This document shows positions 48,383-57,454 of a DNA stretch of 64,000 nt, in pieces; the first letter of the stretch is position 1, and the number at the start of each line of letters is the position of its first letter. Origin of the DNA: Alphaproteobacteria bacterium (lineage in GTDB: Bacteria > Pseudomonadota > Alphaproteobacteria > Micavibrionales > Micavibrionaceae). The position numbers and the translations under genes were made by a program. The stretch is taken from contig JAJFGW010000047.1 of assembly GCA_021775915.1 (NCBI GenBank), positions 32,282 to 96,281 on the forward strand, read 5' to 3'. A model generated the notes under the pieces. That model ran no database searches and had not been told where the DNA came from. It saw nothing but the letters and a program-made list of their open reading frames with translations.

Positions 48383-49825
48383 ATGCGGATTGATGAGACA
48401 ATTGATCAGGCCTTTCAGCCCATAGCCGATTTCGCGGGCTCTGTTGTGTTTTATAGCGTTCCTCTTATGGGGCAGGACGTAAAGCTCATATTGCTTTGGT
48501 TGGTGGCGGCGGCAGTGTTTTTCACCCTCTATCTTGGGTTTATCAATTTTCGTTATTTTTTCCATGCCATAGATGTTGTGCGCGGCAAATATGATGAGCC
48601 GGGCGCAGGCGGTCAGATTAACCGCTTTCAGGCTTTGGCGACTTCGCTCTCTGGTACGGTCGGGTTGGGTAATATTGCAGGTGTCGCGCTGGCCGTTTCT
48701 GTTGGCGGGCCGGGGGCTGTGTTCTGGATGGTGCTGATGGCGCTTTTCGGTATGTCCACCAAGTTTGTGGAAGTGATGCTGGGCGTAAAATATCGCCATT
48801 TTCCTGACAAAGCGCATCCGGAGAAAATTTCCGGCGGGCCGATGTATTATCTGCGCGACATCTTTGATAACCGCAATATTCCTTATGTGGGGCATATTTT
48901 GGCCGCATTATTCGCCATTTGCTGTATTGGCGGCGCGATTGGTGGCGGTAATATGTTTCAGGCGAACCAGTCTTATATGCAGCTTGTGAACGTTACGGGA
49001 GGCGAGGCTGGTTGGCTGGCTGATAAAGGCTGGCTCTATGGTTTGTTTCTGGCCTTTTTGGTTGGGCTTGTCATTATTGGCGGGATTAAATCCATTGCCA
49101 ACGTGGCATCAAAGCTGGTGCCGCTTATGGGCGGGCTGTATCTGGCCACAGGACTCATCGTGATTGCGATGAATTTTGCTAATATTCCGGCGGCTCTGGG
49201 TGATATATTCATGCAGGCCTTTGCGCCTGAAGCCGGTCTCGGCGGTGTTCTCGGCGGGCTGCTTGTGGGCGTACAGCGCGCGGCCTTTTCCAACGAAGCC
49301 GGGCTTGGTTCGGCGGCGATTGTTCACGCGACAGCCAAAACCAATGAGCCCGTCAGTCAGGGCTTTGTCGGGATGCTGGGGCCGTTTATTGATACGGTGA
49401 TTATTTGTTTGGTGACGGCCCTGGTTATTGTTTTCTCCGGCGCGTATTTGGAAGGGAACGGTATGGAAGGGGTTGAGCTAACCTCGCGGGCTTTTGAATC
49501 CGCTATTCCCGGTACGCGTTATGTTTTGGCGTTAACTGTGTTTTTGTTTGCTTATTCAACGCTGCTGACATGGTCTTATTACGGTCAGAAATGTACGACT
49601 TATCTGTTTGGCAATCATGACTGGATTGTGTTGTCTTATAAACTAGTTTTCCTGATATTTATTGTCATTGGCGCTGCTGCAGAACTTACCAGCATTATAA
49701 ACTTTACTGACGCCATGATCTTGTCGATGGCCATTCCTAATATTATCGGTCTTTATGTCGTTGCTCCCGAGATAAAGAAAGATGTTAAGAAATACATAGA
49801 AGATATTGTAAATAAAGAAAAATAA
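48383..49825 (+). CDS. alanine/glycine:cation symporter (AGCS family)
   Basis: The sequence ...FQALATSLSGTVGLGNIAGVALAVSVGGPGAVFWM... is typical of AGCS, and the protein is polytopic. Confidence 0.85.
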   Translation: MRIDETIDQAFQPIADFAGSVVFYSVPLMGQDVKLILLWLVAAAVFFTLYLGFINFRYFFHAIDVVRGKYDEPGAGGQINRFQALATSLSGTVGLGNIAGVALAVSVGGPGAVFWMVLMALFGMSTKFVEVMLGVKYRHFPDKAHPEKISGGPMYYLRDIFDNRNIPYVGHILAALFAICCIGGAIGGGNMFQANQSYMQLVNVTGGEAGWLADKGWLYGLFLAFLVGLVIIGGIKSIANVASKLVPLMGGLYLATGLIVIAMNFANIPAALGDIFMQAFAPEAGLGGVLGGLLVGVQRAAFSNEAGLGSAAIVHATAKTNEPVSQGFVGMLGPFIDTVIICLVTALVIVFSGAYLEGNGMEGVELTSRAFESAIPGTRYVLALTVFLFAYSTLLTWSYYGQKCTTYLFGNHDWIVLSYKLVFLIFIVIGAAAELTSIINFTDAMILSMAIPNIIGLYVVAPEIKKDVKKYIEDIVNKEK

Positions 49826-49850
49826 CCTTTCTGCTCTGGTGGTTTAAAAC

Positions 49851-49859
49851 TTATCCACA
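49851..49859 (+). promoter_or_regulatory. perfect DnaA box TTATCCACA
   Basis: An exact 9/9 match to the canonical consensus. Confidence 0.6.
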
Positions 49860-49860
49860 T

Positions 49861-49869
49861 CCATCCACA
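49861..49869 (+). promoter_or_regulatory. DnaA-box-like CCATCCACA (7/9)
   Basis: It starts 2 nt after the first box, on the same strand. Confidence 0.4.
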
Positions 49870-49892
49870 GGATTTTAAAAAAATCCTTTGTT
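49869..49892 (+). terminator. A/T-rich hairpin, weak terminator candidate for the symporter gene
   Basis: AGGATTTT-AAA-AAAATCCT (8 bp) is followed by TTGTT. It lies between the DnaA boxes. Confidence 0.3.
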
Positions 49893-49916
49893 CTCAGTAT
49901 GCCGCTATAAGCGCGC

Positions 49917-49925
49917 TTATCCACA
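49917..49925 (+). promoter_or_regulatory. perfect DnaA box TTATCCACA
   Basis: An exact 9/9 match on the same strand as the first box, 66 nt downstream of it. Confidence 0.6.
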
Positions 49926-50039
49926 GATACGCCTTTAACTCCCTATATATAGTGGGTTGAAGGAACGTCTGCACGTGTGTACAAATTCCTCTTTCCAAAT
50001 CTGCAAGTTTTAACTCTGAGTAAACGGGAGTCGTTCGCC

Positions 50040-53000
50040 ATGAAACCATCATCTGCTGTGCAAAAAAACAAAGGCAAAACCCTTGCCGATAAGCAGGCGC
50101 GCCGTATTCCCGAGGTTACAGCCAAAAAGGTCGAAGAGTTAAAAGGCAAGTCCAGCTTGAAGCATTTGCGCATTACCGCCTCTCCCAAAGATGAGGAGCC
50201 TGTAAAGGGTGGCATGAATCTGCATATTAGCGCTACGCGCAGTGACCCTTCTTTTGATGAGAGTGAGCAGGAGGACGAAGGGGTTCTTATGTTGACACCG
50301 GCCAATGCCGCGCCAGTTACCAAAAAACCTTTGTGGCAAGCTATACTGGGATATAGCGGTGCTGGTTTAAGCGTGCTCTGGGTCTTATATGGCATGAATT
50401 ATGCGTTGCAAACTTATGGTGTGATGGGGCTTTCTGCGATGGCGCCGCCGCAACTGGGCGGTCTGATGGCCGGTATTTTGGCGCCTATGGCCTTGCTGTG
50501 GGTCGTTGTGGGTTATGTTCAGCGCGGCGCTGATATTGAGCGCTATTCAAATGCTCTGCGGGTAGAGCTGCAATCTATTATCTTTCCTTCTGAAGAGCGC
50601 GCCAATCGCGTTAATAAGGATATTGAGCGCCTTTGCCAGCAGGCGGCGGAGTTGTCTACGTCTTCAAAATCTGTGATTAAAGCAATCAGCCGGGCACGGC
50701 AGGGGTTGCGCTCTGAAGTGCGTGATTTTGTTGGCGTATCAAAGAAAACAGAATTTCATATCGAACGTTTGTCGGATTCTCTGCACGAAAAAGCGCAGAA
50801 GCTTATCGTTCTAACCGAAGAGATCGAGCAGCGTGTCAGCAAGATTGATGAGAAAACACAAGCTGGCGCGGAAGCCTGGGACCAGGCGACGCTCTCCGTA
50901 CTTGAGCGCTCAGCCGAGATGGAAGGGGTTATGGGCAAAGGAGCCGATAAGATTCTCGATGCTGCCCTCGCTGCCGGTGATAAGACTAAAGAAATTGAAA
51001 AACATCTGGCGGGAAGCTTTGACGGTTTGAACAAGGCCGTGGATTCTGTGGCCGGACGCTTGCAGGGTTTAAGCGGTGACTTTGATAAGCACACGCAAGG
51101 GCTGTCTGAGGCTGCCGATCATGTTTCCAGTGAGACCAGTCGTCTGGCGGAAACGATTGAAAGCCAGATAGGTAGTCTTGAGGATGTTGCCAACCGGACG
51201 CTCGAATCTATGGCCAAATCGAGCCAGAATATTCAGGACCATCGTGAAGCGCTTGATGATGGCGCGGAATCTGTCGCCAAGCAGGCCGACCGTATTGCCG
51301 ACACGATCAATGGCAGCATTGGTAACCTTCATGATGCGGCGGACTACATGGTTAATCGCACGGAGGATCTCGAAGGCCGTATTGGCGATCAGGCAGGTCG
51401 CTTGCGCGAAACGGTAAGCACGATCACCAAAGAGGCAGAACAGATTGAGGAAGCCGGCGTTTCTGCAGCCAGCAAGCTCAGCGAAGCGATGTCCGTGGCG
51501 TTGTCCGGAGCGGAGTCTATTAGTTCTGCCGTGCGCCGTTCCATTGAGTCTCTGGAGAAATCAACTAGCTCAGCTAAAAATCAGGCCGATAATATGATTA
51601 CCTCTACAAAAGAGCATATTGAGCAGCTTAATGAAGCCGGGGAAGGCAATGTCGAGCATATCAAGGCGATTGTAACAATGCTGGAGCAAAGCCGGGAGCA
51701 GATAGAGCTGGCCGCCAGCCTGTCTGATGAGCAAGTAGAGAAGCTTTCCGCTGCGGTTGAAGACCAGGCGGAAAAAATCAATGTGTCGACAGCCAGTATG
51801 GTTGAGCGCGTTGATGCCGTTCGCTCGGCTTTGGAGGAACCTTTGCGCGATATGGGGTCTGCTGTTGCCGAGGCCGATAACAGGCACTTGCAGATTGAAG
51901 AAACGCTAAACCGCCGTGTTGCCGATCTGAATGAATCCAGCGATAAGGCGCGGGAAGGGGCGGAATATATTCGTAATATTCTGCGTGGACAGGCGCAGGA
52001 AATTTCAACGTTGTCCGGGCAAATTTCCGGTCATGCCCGCAGCATGAATGAGCAGATGGGGCAACAGACATCTTCCCTCAATAGTGAAGTTAAAGATTCT
52101 TTGGTCAGCATCGAGAAGGTGCGTGAGGCTCTGGAGGCGCAAGCGACTCGGCTTTCTACACTTTCCGAAGGCGCTGCAAGTGATGTGTCGCGTCTTGAAG
52201 GACAAATTGCAGGACGATGCAAGGAAGTTGCCGGCGTAACGACCTCGGCGATTAATGAATTGCGCGGTCTTGATGAATCTATAGAAGATTGCAGCATTAA
52301 GCTGAAAGACAGAAGCGAGGTTGCAACGAGTTCTGTTCAAACGGTTGTTGATGCGCTTGAAAAGACAGCAGGTGGTTTTGAGCCGATCTTCACCAGTGCG
52401 CTTGAAAAAGCGACAGAAGCGCAAATCAAATTTGAAGAACTGCATTCCGGTTTTGAGAGTTCCACGACGAGCAATCTGGAGCGTTTAACGGAAATCGGCG
52501 TTGTGTTTGATGACCGCCTTGAAAACCTTCAGGAGGGTGCCGATAAGGCGGCCTCGATCTTGAAATCTTCCAGCGACCATATGCAGGAGCGCGTTGAGGA
52601 TATTGAGCGCGCCTCGGTGTCTGCCAGTGAGAAAATGGAAGAAATAGAGTCTTCTATGCGCGGACAGTCTTCGGATATTCACCTGATTACCGATCAGGCG
52701 CTGCTCAAAATTGAAAATATTCAGCGCGCTATTAATGATCAATTCCACGAACTGTCTGAATCCGTTGGGCAGGCCTTGGCGCAGATTGGTGATGTTGGCA
52801 GTGAACTTAGCAAGTCAGCGCAGCAGATTGATGATACAGCAGAGCAGGCTGTTGAGCGTTTTGATGCGGTGAGTAACAAAGCGCGCGAAGAAAGCGAAAA
52901 TTTGAGCATTGCTTCGACAAAAACTGTGACATTGACCGAAGACCTTGTAGGCAGGGTAAAAGAAGAATCCGGCAGCTTGTTACAAGCGTCCAAAGAAACG

Positions 53001-53825
53001 CTGACAGACATTAAGAAAGCAGGCGATGGCTTTGCGATGAAGACCAAAGAGGTCGGTGAGCAAATGAATGCTGCGCTTCGGGTATCAAGGGATTATACCA
53101 GTGAACTGAAAAGGCAGGCGACTATTGTAGCCGAGGTCTCTGTAGAATCGACTGACATGGTTAGTAAGTCGCTTTCGATACTGTCCGGTAAGCTGGATGA
53201 GATCGATACTGTAACATGTGCTGTTGTGGAAGGGATTGATAAGTCCCGCGATGGTCTGGCTGAAGAGTCGGAGCGTCTGCTGAGTGTTTCAACATCGGCG
53301 GTCAAGGCGGCGAATGATGCTTCTGTGGCCTTTGGTAAGCAATCGAGCGCGTTGTTTAAAGCCGTTCAGGACGCCAGTCATCACACGGACAAAATTCGTA
53401 AGGAAGAGTGGCGGACGCAGCGTAATGCCTTTATGGGCGCCGCTAAATTTATTGTTGAGAGTCTGCATTCTCTGTCCGTTGATTTGACCCGGACACAGGA
53501 AGGCGAAGTGCCGGAAAAAACATGGAAAGCCTTCCAGAAAGGCGATGTTTCGGCCTTTACCAAAAGGCTTGCACAAATGAATGACAACCAGCCGATTGAT
53601 AAAATCCGTAATAAATTTGCGAATGACAGCGAGTTTCGTAGCTATGTGCAGCGCTTCCTGCGTCAATATGAGGAGCTTTTCGATCAGGCCGTTGCCAACG
53701 ATCATGGCGACCTGTTAGGCGCGACCTTTATGTCCAGTGATGTTGGCAAGCTTTATCAGCTTCTATGCAGCGCCGCCGGGCGGGAGCCAAAAACAGCCAG
53801 CCGTGAGGACAAACGGGCAGCTTGA
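50040..53825 (+). CDS. large membrane-anchored coiled-coil protein (1262 aa)
   Basis: The ATG at 50040 has GGGAG upstream. The protein has a basic N-terminus, hydrophobic segments encoded at about 50331-50528, roughly 1000 aa of Ala/Glu/Ser/Leu-rich heptad-like sequence, and a distinct C-terminal globular region (...FRSYVQRFLRQYEELFDQ...). Confidence 0.7.
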   Translation: MKPSSAVQKNKGKTLADKQARRIPEVTAKKVEELKGKSSLKHLRITASPKDEEPVKGGMNLHISATRSDPSFDESEQEDEGVLMLTPANAAPVTKKPLWQAILGYSGAGLSVLWVLYGMNYALQTYGVMGLSAMAPPQLGGLMAGILAPMALLWVVVGYVQRGADIERYSNALRVELQSIIFPSEERANRVNKDIERLCQQAAELSTSSKSVIKAISRARQGLRSEVRDFVGVSKKTEFHIERLSDSLHEKAQKLIVLTEEIEQRVSKIDEKTQAGAEAWDQATLSVLERSAEMEGVMGKGADKILDAALAAGDKTKEIEKHLAGSFDGLNKAVDSVAGRLQGLSGDFDKHTQGLSEAADHVSSETSRLAETIESQIGSLEDVANRTLESMAKSSQNIQDHREALDDGAESVAKQADRIADTINGSIGNLHDAADYMVNRTEDLEGRIGDQAGRLRETVSTITKEAEQIEEAGVSAASKLSEAMSVALSGAESISSAVRRSIESLEKSTSSAKNQADNMITSTKEHIEQLNEAGEGNVEHIKAIVTMLEQSREQIELAASLSDEQVEKLSAAVEDQAEKINVSTASMVERVDAVRSALEEPLRDMGSAVAEADNRHLQIEETLNRRVADLNESSDKAREGAEYIRNILRGQAQEISTLSGQISGHARSMNEQMGQQTSSLNSEVKDSLVSIEKVREALEAQATRLSTLSEGAASDVSRLEGQIAGRCKEVAGVTTSAINELRGLDESIEDCSIKLKDRSEVATSSVQTVVDALEKTAGGFEPIFTSALEKATEAQIKFEELHSGFESSTTSNLERLTEIGVVFDDRLENLQEGADKAASILKSSSDHMQERVEDIERASVSASEKMEEIESSMRGQSSDIHLITDQALLKIENIQRAINDQFHELSESVGQALAQIGDVGSELSKSAQQIDDTAEQAVERFDAVSNKAREESENLSIASTKTVTLTEDLVGRVKEESGSLLQASKETLTDIKKAGDGFAMKTKEVGEQMNAALRVSRDYTSELKRQATIVAEVSVESTDMVSKSLSILSGKLDEIDTVTCAVVEGIDKSRDGLAEESERLLSVSTSAVKAANDASVAFGKQSSALFKAVQDASHHTDKIRKEEWRTQRNAFMGAAKFIVESLHSLSVDLTRTQEGEVPEKTWKAFQKGDVSAFTKRLAQMNDNQPIDKIRNKFANDSEFRSYVQRFLRQYEELFDQAVANDHGDLLGATFMSSDVGKLYQLLCSAAGREPKTASREDKRAA

Positions 53826-53852
53826 TTGACGGATGTAAAAAACCAGAGGTTG

Positions 53853-54341
53853 CTACTTCATAATATTTTTGAATGCAGCGTGTCCTACTGCGTTGCATAA
53901 GTTGTTCGAAGTTTTAGGAAGAATATCAATCAGGCTATCTCTGACATAGGCATTGCAAACGTTTATTTGGTGGTTTGTGAATTCTTTACGCAGATATTTT
54001 TGAGTGTCTTTTTTGCTTATTCCCATTTCGGTAGAAGTCAGAGGTACCAGGGTGTCCACATCTTCTTGAAAAAACTTATTACTTACGGCGCTGCAGCTAT
54101 AGAAAAAACCAAGAAGAGCACCTTTATTACGGGGTTCGCCGTCAAAATAATTTTGATCAATCATTGACTTGGCCAATTCACAAATGCGTACAGCCGCCGC
54201 ATCGTTTTGTGCGGTAACAAGCGTGTTGTTGCTTCTTAGTAAATCTTTTGCCGGGTTATAAGGTTCGTCAGCTGCCATTGCAACGGTGGCGCTTAATAAT
54301 ATGGGGAGCGCAAATGCAGCGGCAGTAAAAGGCTTCTTCAT
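53853..54341 (-). CDS. hypothetical secreted protein (162 aa)
   Basis: The ATG at 54341 has AAGGGA upstream and gives a signal peptide, MKKPFTAAAFALPILLSATVAMA. The tracked N-terminal extension was rejected. Confidence 0.5.
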   Translation of the reverse strand: MKKPFTAAAFALPILLSATVAMAADEPYNPAKDLLRSNNTLVTAQNDAAAVRICELAKSMIDQNYFDGEPRNKGALLGFFYSCSAVSNKFFQEDVDTLVPLTSTEMGISKKDTQKYLRKEFTNHQINVCNAYVRDSLIDILPKTSNNLCNAVGHAAFKNIMK

Positions 54342-54530
54342 TTTTTGTTTCCCTTGATTAACGTGCTCAGGAGGAACGTCATACTTGCTTGTGAAGGTTA
54401 TGTCAATAACTAAGGTGCCGGTATCAGTTGAAGGTTGATTGTTGCTGTTTTTCGCATGATAATCTTTTGTTGATAATTCTAGTCTATCCTTATTCACAAG
54501 GACTTCACCAACGAAGGATATTTATCGAAA

Positions 54531-55466
54531 ATGGGACAAACAAAATTCTGCCAGGGCATTTCAGATATCTCTGATAGCTACAATGCTTTCATTATTGACC
54601 AGTGGGGCGTTCTTCATAATGGAGAGAAAGTCTATGAGGGCGTTATTGACTGCCTGAAAGAGCTAAAGGCCCGTAATAAATTCATTATTATTCTATCTAA
54701 CTCCGGTAAGCGCGCCGATGAAAACAAAGAGCGTCTGAAAAAGTTGGGTATTGGCCCTTCTCTTTACGACATCATTGTTACCTCCGGTGAGACAACCCGG
54801 CAGGGGCTTGAAAAGCAGGATGACGGGGTATTCAGTAATATTGGCGAAAAATGCTTTCTAATGAGTCGCGGTGGCGACACCTCAATTGTTGACGGCCTTG
54901 ATAACATTAAGGTCGTTGATGATATGAAAGAAGCAGATTTTCTTTTAATCAGCGGGACAGATGCACCGGAAAAAACGTTGGTGGATTATTACGAACCTCT
55001 TTTGCGTGAGGCTGTAAGGCGTAGGTTAAAGGCCATTTGCGCTAACCCTGATAGCCGTATTCTAATCGGTAATAATCAGGCCTTTGGGCCGGGCATGATT
55101 GCGCGGCGTTATGAGGATTTCGGCGGCGTGGTTCATTATTTAGGCAAGCCGCATCAGCCGATTTACCAGCACTGCGTCAGGCTTATGCAGGAAAAAGAGA
55201 TATACCCCGGTCAGACTGTTATGATTGGCGATACGATGGCGCATGATATAATCGGCGCGGCCTCTATGAATATTGATACTTGCCTGGTTAAAAATGGTCT
55301 TCATTATGGATCGTTTAAGGGCTGTAATTCACTTTACGAAGTGGACAGGGCTCTTAATATACTGGTTTTGCAGCACCATAATGTCAGGCCGACCTTTTTG
55401 GTTGATAAGCTCAAATGGGGCAAGGCCCTGCCGGACCGCAAGCATAAGAAGCGCAAGATTGCCTAG
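54531..55466 (+). CDS. HAD-superfamily hydrolase, subfamily IIA (TIGR01459-like)
   Basis: Has FIIDQWGVLHNG (motif I), ILSNS and GDTMAHDI. Confidence 0.7.
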   Translation: MGQTKFCQGISDISDSYNAFIIDQWGVLHNGEKVYEGVIDCLKELKARNKFIIILSNSGKRADENKERLKKLGIGPSLYDIIVTSGETTRQGLEKQDDGVFSNIGEKCFLMSRGGDTSIVDGLDNIKVVDDMKEADFLLISGTDAPEKTLVDYYEPLLREAVRRRLKAICANPDSRILIGNNQAFGPGMIARRYEDFGGVVHYLGKPHQPIYQHCVRLMQEKEIYPGQTVMIGDTMAHDIIGAASMNIDTCLVKNGLHYGSFKGCNSLYEVDRALNILVLQHHNVRPTFLVDKLKWGKALPDRKHKKRKIA

Positions 55467-55547
55467 GTAGACATAATGTTTGACATTTTCGATCTAATAG
55501 AGCTATAAGTCCGGCATTGACTTAGCTTTTTATTAGGGAGCCGTGAG

Positions 55548-57446
55548 ATGGATCGGAATTATTTTAATAGCAACGTAGAAAATGCCCCAGACGAAAAAAT
55601 CATAAAAGAGACAACGATTATTTATGACGGCCCCGCAGGTAAAATTGTTGTGCCGCATACGCCCGATTCCAGTGCCTATTGGGGGACAAACACAGACTGG
55701 TGGTATTCCAGCGAGGAAAGTGATGATAGTGGTTTCCGTTGCAGTAGGGAAGATGTTCCCACAATCCTGTATTTTCCAGCTCTTGTGACAGATACAGACA
55801 GGGAAAGCCATCCCAAGCTCTCCAGCTTTGGGGTGATATCTATGGATAAACGTCTTTATGACGAGCGAACAAAGAATCTATTTGAACGCTCTGAGGAAGG
55901 AAACCGGAAGGAGACAGAATATCTGCCGGCACCTCTTCGGAAACTGATTTCAGCTGCCTGGAAAACACTGGCGCCGGGGCAAAAAGAATATCTGCACACT
56001 TTCGGACAAGTACCACGCTATAACTTTGATCTGTCAGAAGATAGTCCACTTTCCAAGGATGAACTATCGTTTGAAGCACGCGAAATGCTTTGGAGACTTC
56101 GTCAAATACACCATGACAGCTTTCAGGAAGAAGAAAGAATTTCCAAGCTCATGGAAGACTATCCTGATCTTTGCCAAGATAAAGACGTAATGGTGGAAGC
56201 GATGATATGGAAGGGGGACAAGGTTTTTGTACATCTTCCGGATAATTTGCGTGCTGACAAAAGTTTAATTCTTTCACTCGTCTACCCTGGCAGGAGTGCG
56301 GAAAATTTAGAAAGGCTTATGAACGCTGTTCCGGAATCTTTACGTGCCGATAGGGACTTCATAGCAAAAGCTCGTGAGAAGAGTAAACATATCATGAAGT
56401 TTGCTTCTGATGAACTTCGTTCAGATCTAGGTTTTAACCGCCATCTGAATCATTTGGAGCACCTTCTGGGGGACTCGCTCAATGATCGCCTAACCGTCGA
56501 TTTTGCTGTGAGCCGGGATGGGACAAACCTGCAATATGCCTCTGAAGAATACCGCAAGGATAAAAATATTGTAAGCGATGCCGGACAGAACAATTACGGG
56601 CAGGGCTTGCAATATGCTCATCCGGACTTACTGGATGACAAGGATGTTATTATGGCCGCTGTTTTCAAACATGGACCTGCTTTGAAATATGCTTCCGAAA
56701 GACTGAAGGCTGATAAGGACGTTGTAGGAACAGCCATACATCAAAGATACTATGAGTATAGGAATAGTGGGGATATTGCTCCTATAGAATGCGCTTCGGA
56801 GTCATTGCGCGGTGATAAGGAATTCATGCTTGAAATTCTTAAGCTCAATCCTGTAGAAACGCTCCGCCATGCGACAAAAGAACTGCTTGCCGATAAAGAA
56901 TTTGCTCTGGCTGCTATCGCAGGATCTTCTGATGTTTTAGGGTATTTTTCGGAGGCGCTCCGTGATGATGAAGAGATTGTTCTTCCCGTTATAGAAAAAA
57001 ATGGAATAGCGCTGGAGCATGCGTCTAAAAGATTACAATCCAATAAAGGGATGGCGACTACTGCTGTCACGGCAGATTTTAAGGCCCTGAAATTTGTTGA
57101 TAAATCCCTGCTAGAAGACAGGGATATTTTGCTGGCGGCTATCGAGAATCTAAATCAAGAGTCTGTAGAGCGACGTTTAGGTGATGTTGTGGAAATATTG
57201 CCGAAACAAGCCCTTTCGGATCCTGGCATTTTGCATGGTTTGTTTAATCGTGTTGCCGAACATAGTTCTTCTAAACGATATAAGGACATGGAAACCGTGC
57301 TGTTATCTCGCATGCACAACAATCCCTTGTTTTATGGCAGCATCATGACAACTTCGTTGACGGAAGCACGGGATTATCTGGCAAAGTGTTACAAATTGGA
57401 TGTATCTGCAAATGATGCCCCAATCGCTGGGCCAAAAGTAAGATAA
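55548..57446 (+). CDS. DUF4116 repeat protein (632 aa)
   Basis: Contains serial units of the form L(R/K)xDK(D/E)(F/V/I)(V/M/L)xxA(V/I)..xGxAL(K/Q)(Y/F)AS, for example DDKDVIMAAVFKHGPALKYASERLKADKDVV. Confidence 0.7.
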   Translation: MDRNYFNSNVENAPDEKIIKETTIIYDGPAGKIVVPHTPDSSAYWGTNTDWWYSSEESDDSGFRCSREDVPTILYFPALVTDTDRESHPKLSSFGVISMDKRLYDERTKNLFERSEEGNRKETEYLPAPLRKLISAAWKTLAPGQKEYLHTFGQVPRYNFDLSEDSPLSKDELSFEAREMLWRLRQIHHDSFQEEERISKLMEDYPDLCQDKDVMVEAMIWKGDKVFVHLPDNLRADKSLILSLVYPGRSAENLERLMNAVPESLRADRDFIAKAREKSKHIMKFASDELRSDLGFNRHLNHLEHLLGDSLNDRLTVDFAVSRDGTNLQYASEEYRKDKNIVSDAGQNNYGQGLQYAHPDLLDDKDVIMAAVFKHGPALKYASERLKADKDVVGTAIHQRYYEYRNSGDIAPIECASESLRGDKEFMLEILKLNPVETLRHATKELLADKEFALAAIAGSSDVLGYFSEALRDDEEIVLPVIEKNGIALEHASKRLQSNKGMATTAVTADFKALKFVDKSLLEDRDILLAAIENLNQESVERRLGDVVEILPKQALSDPGILHGLFNRVAEHSSSKRYKDMETVLLSRMHNNPLFYGSIMTTSLTEARDYLAKCYKLDVSANDAPIAGPKVR

Positions 57447-57454
57447 ATATATTT

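Noticed and set aside
49826-50039. Calling this spacer the chromosomal origin (oriC)
   Set aside because: It has only three boxes and one short A/T hairpin, and none of the usual origin-flanking genes is in the window. I kept it as an alternative hypothesis in the finding rather than annotating it as a feature.
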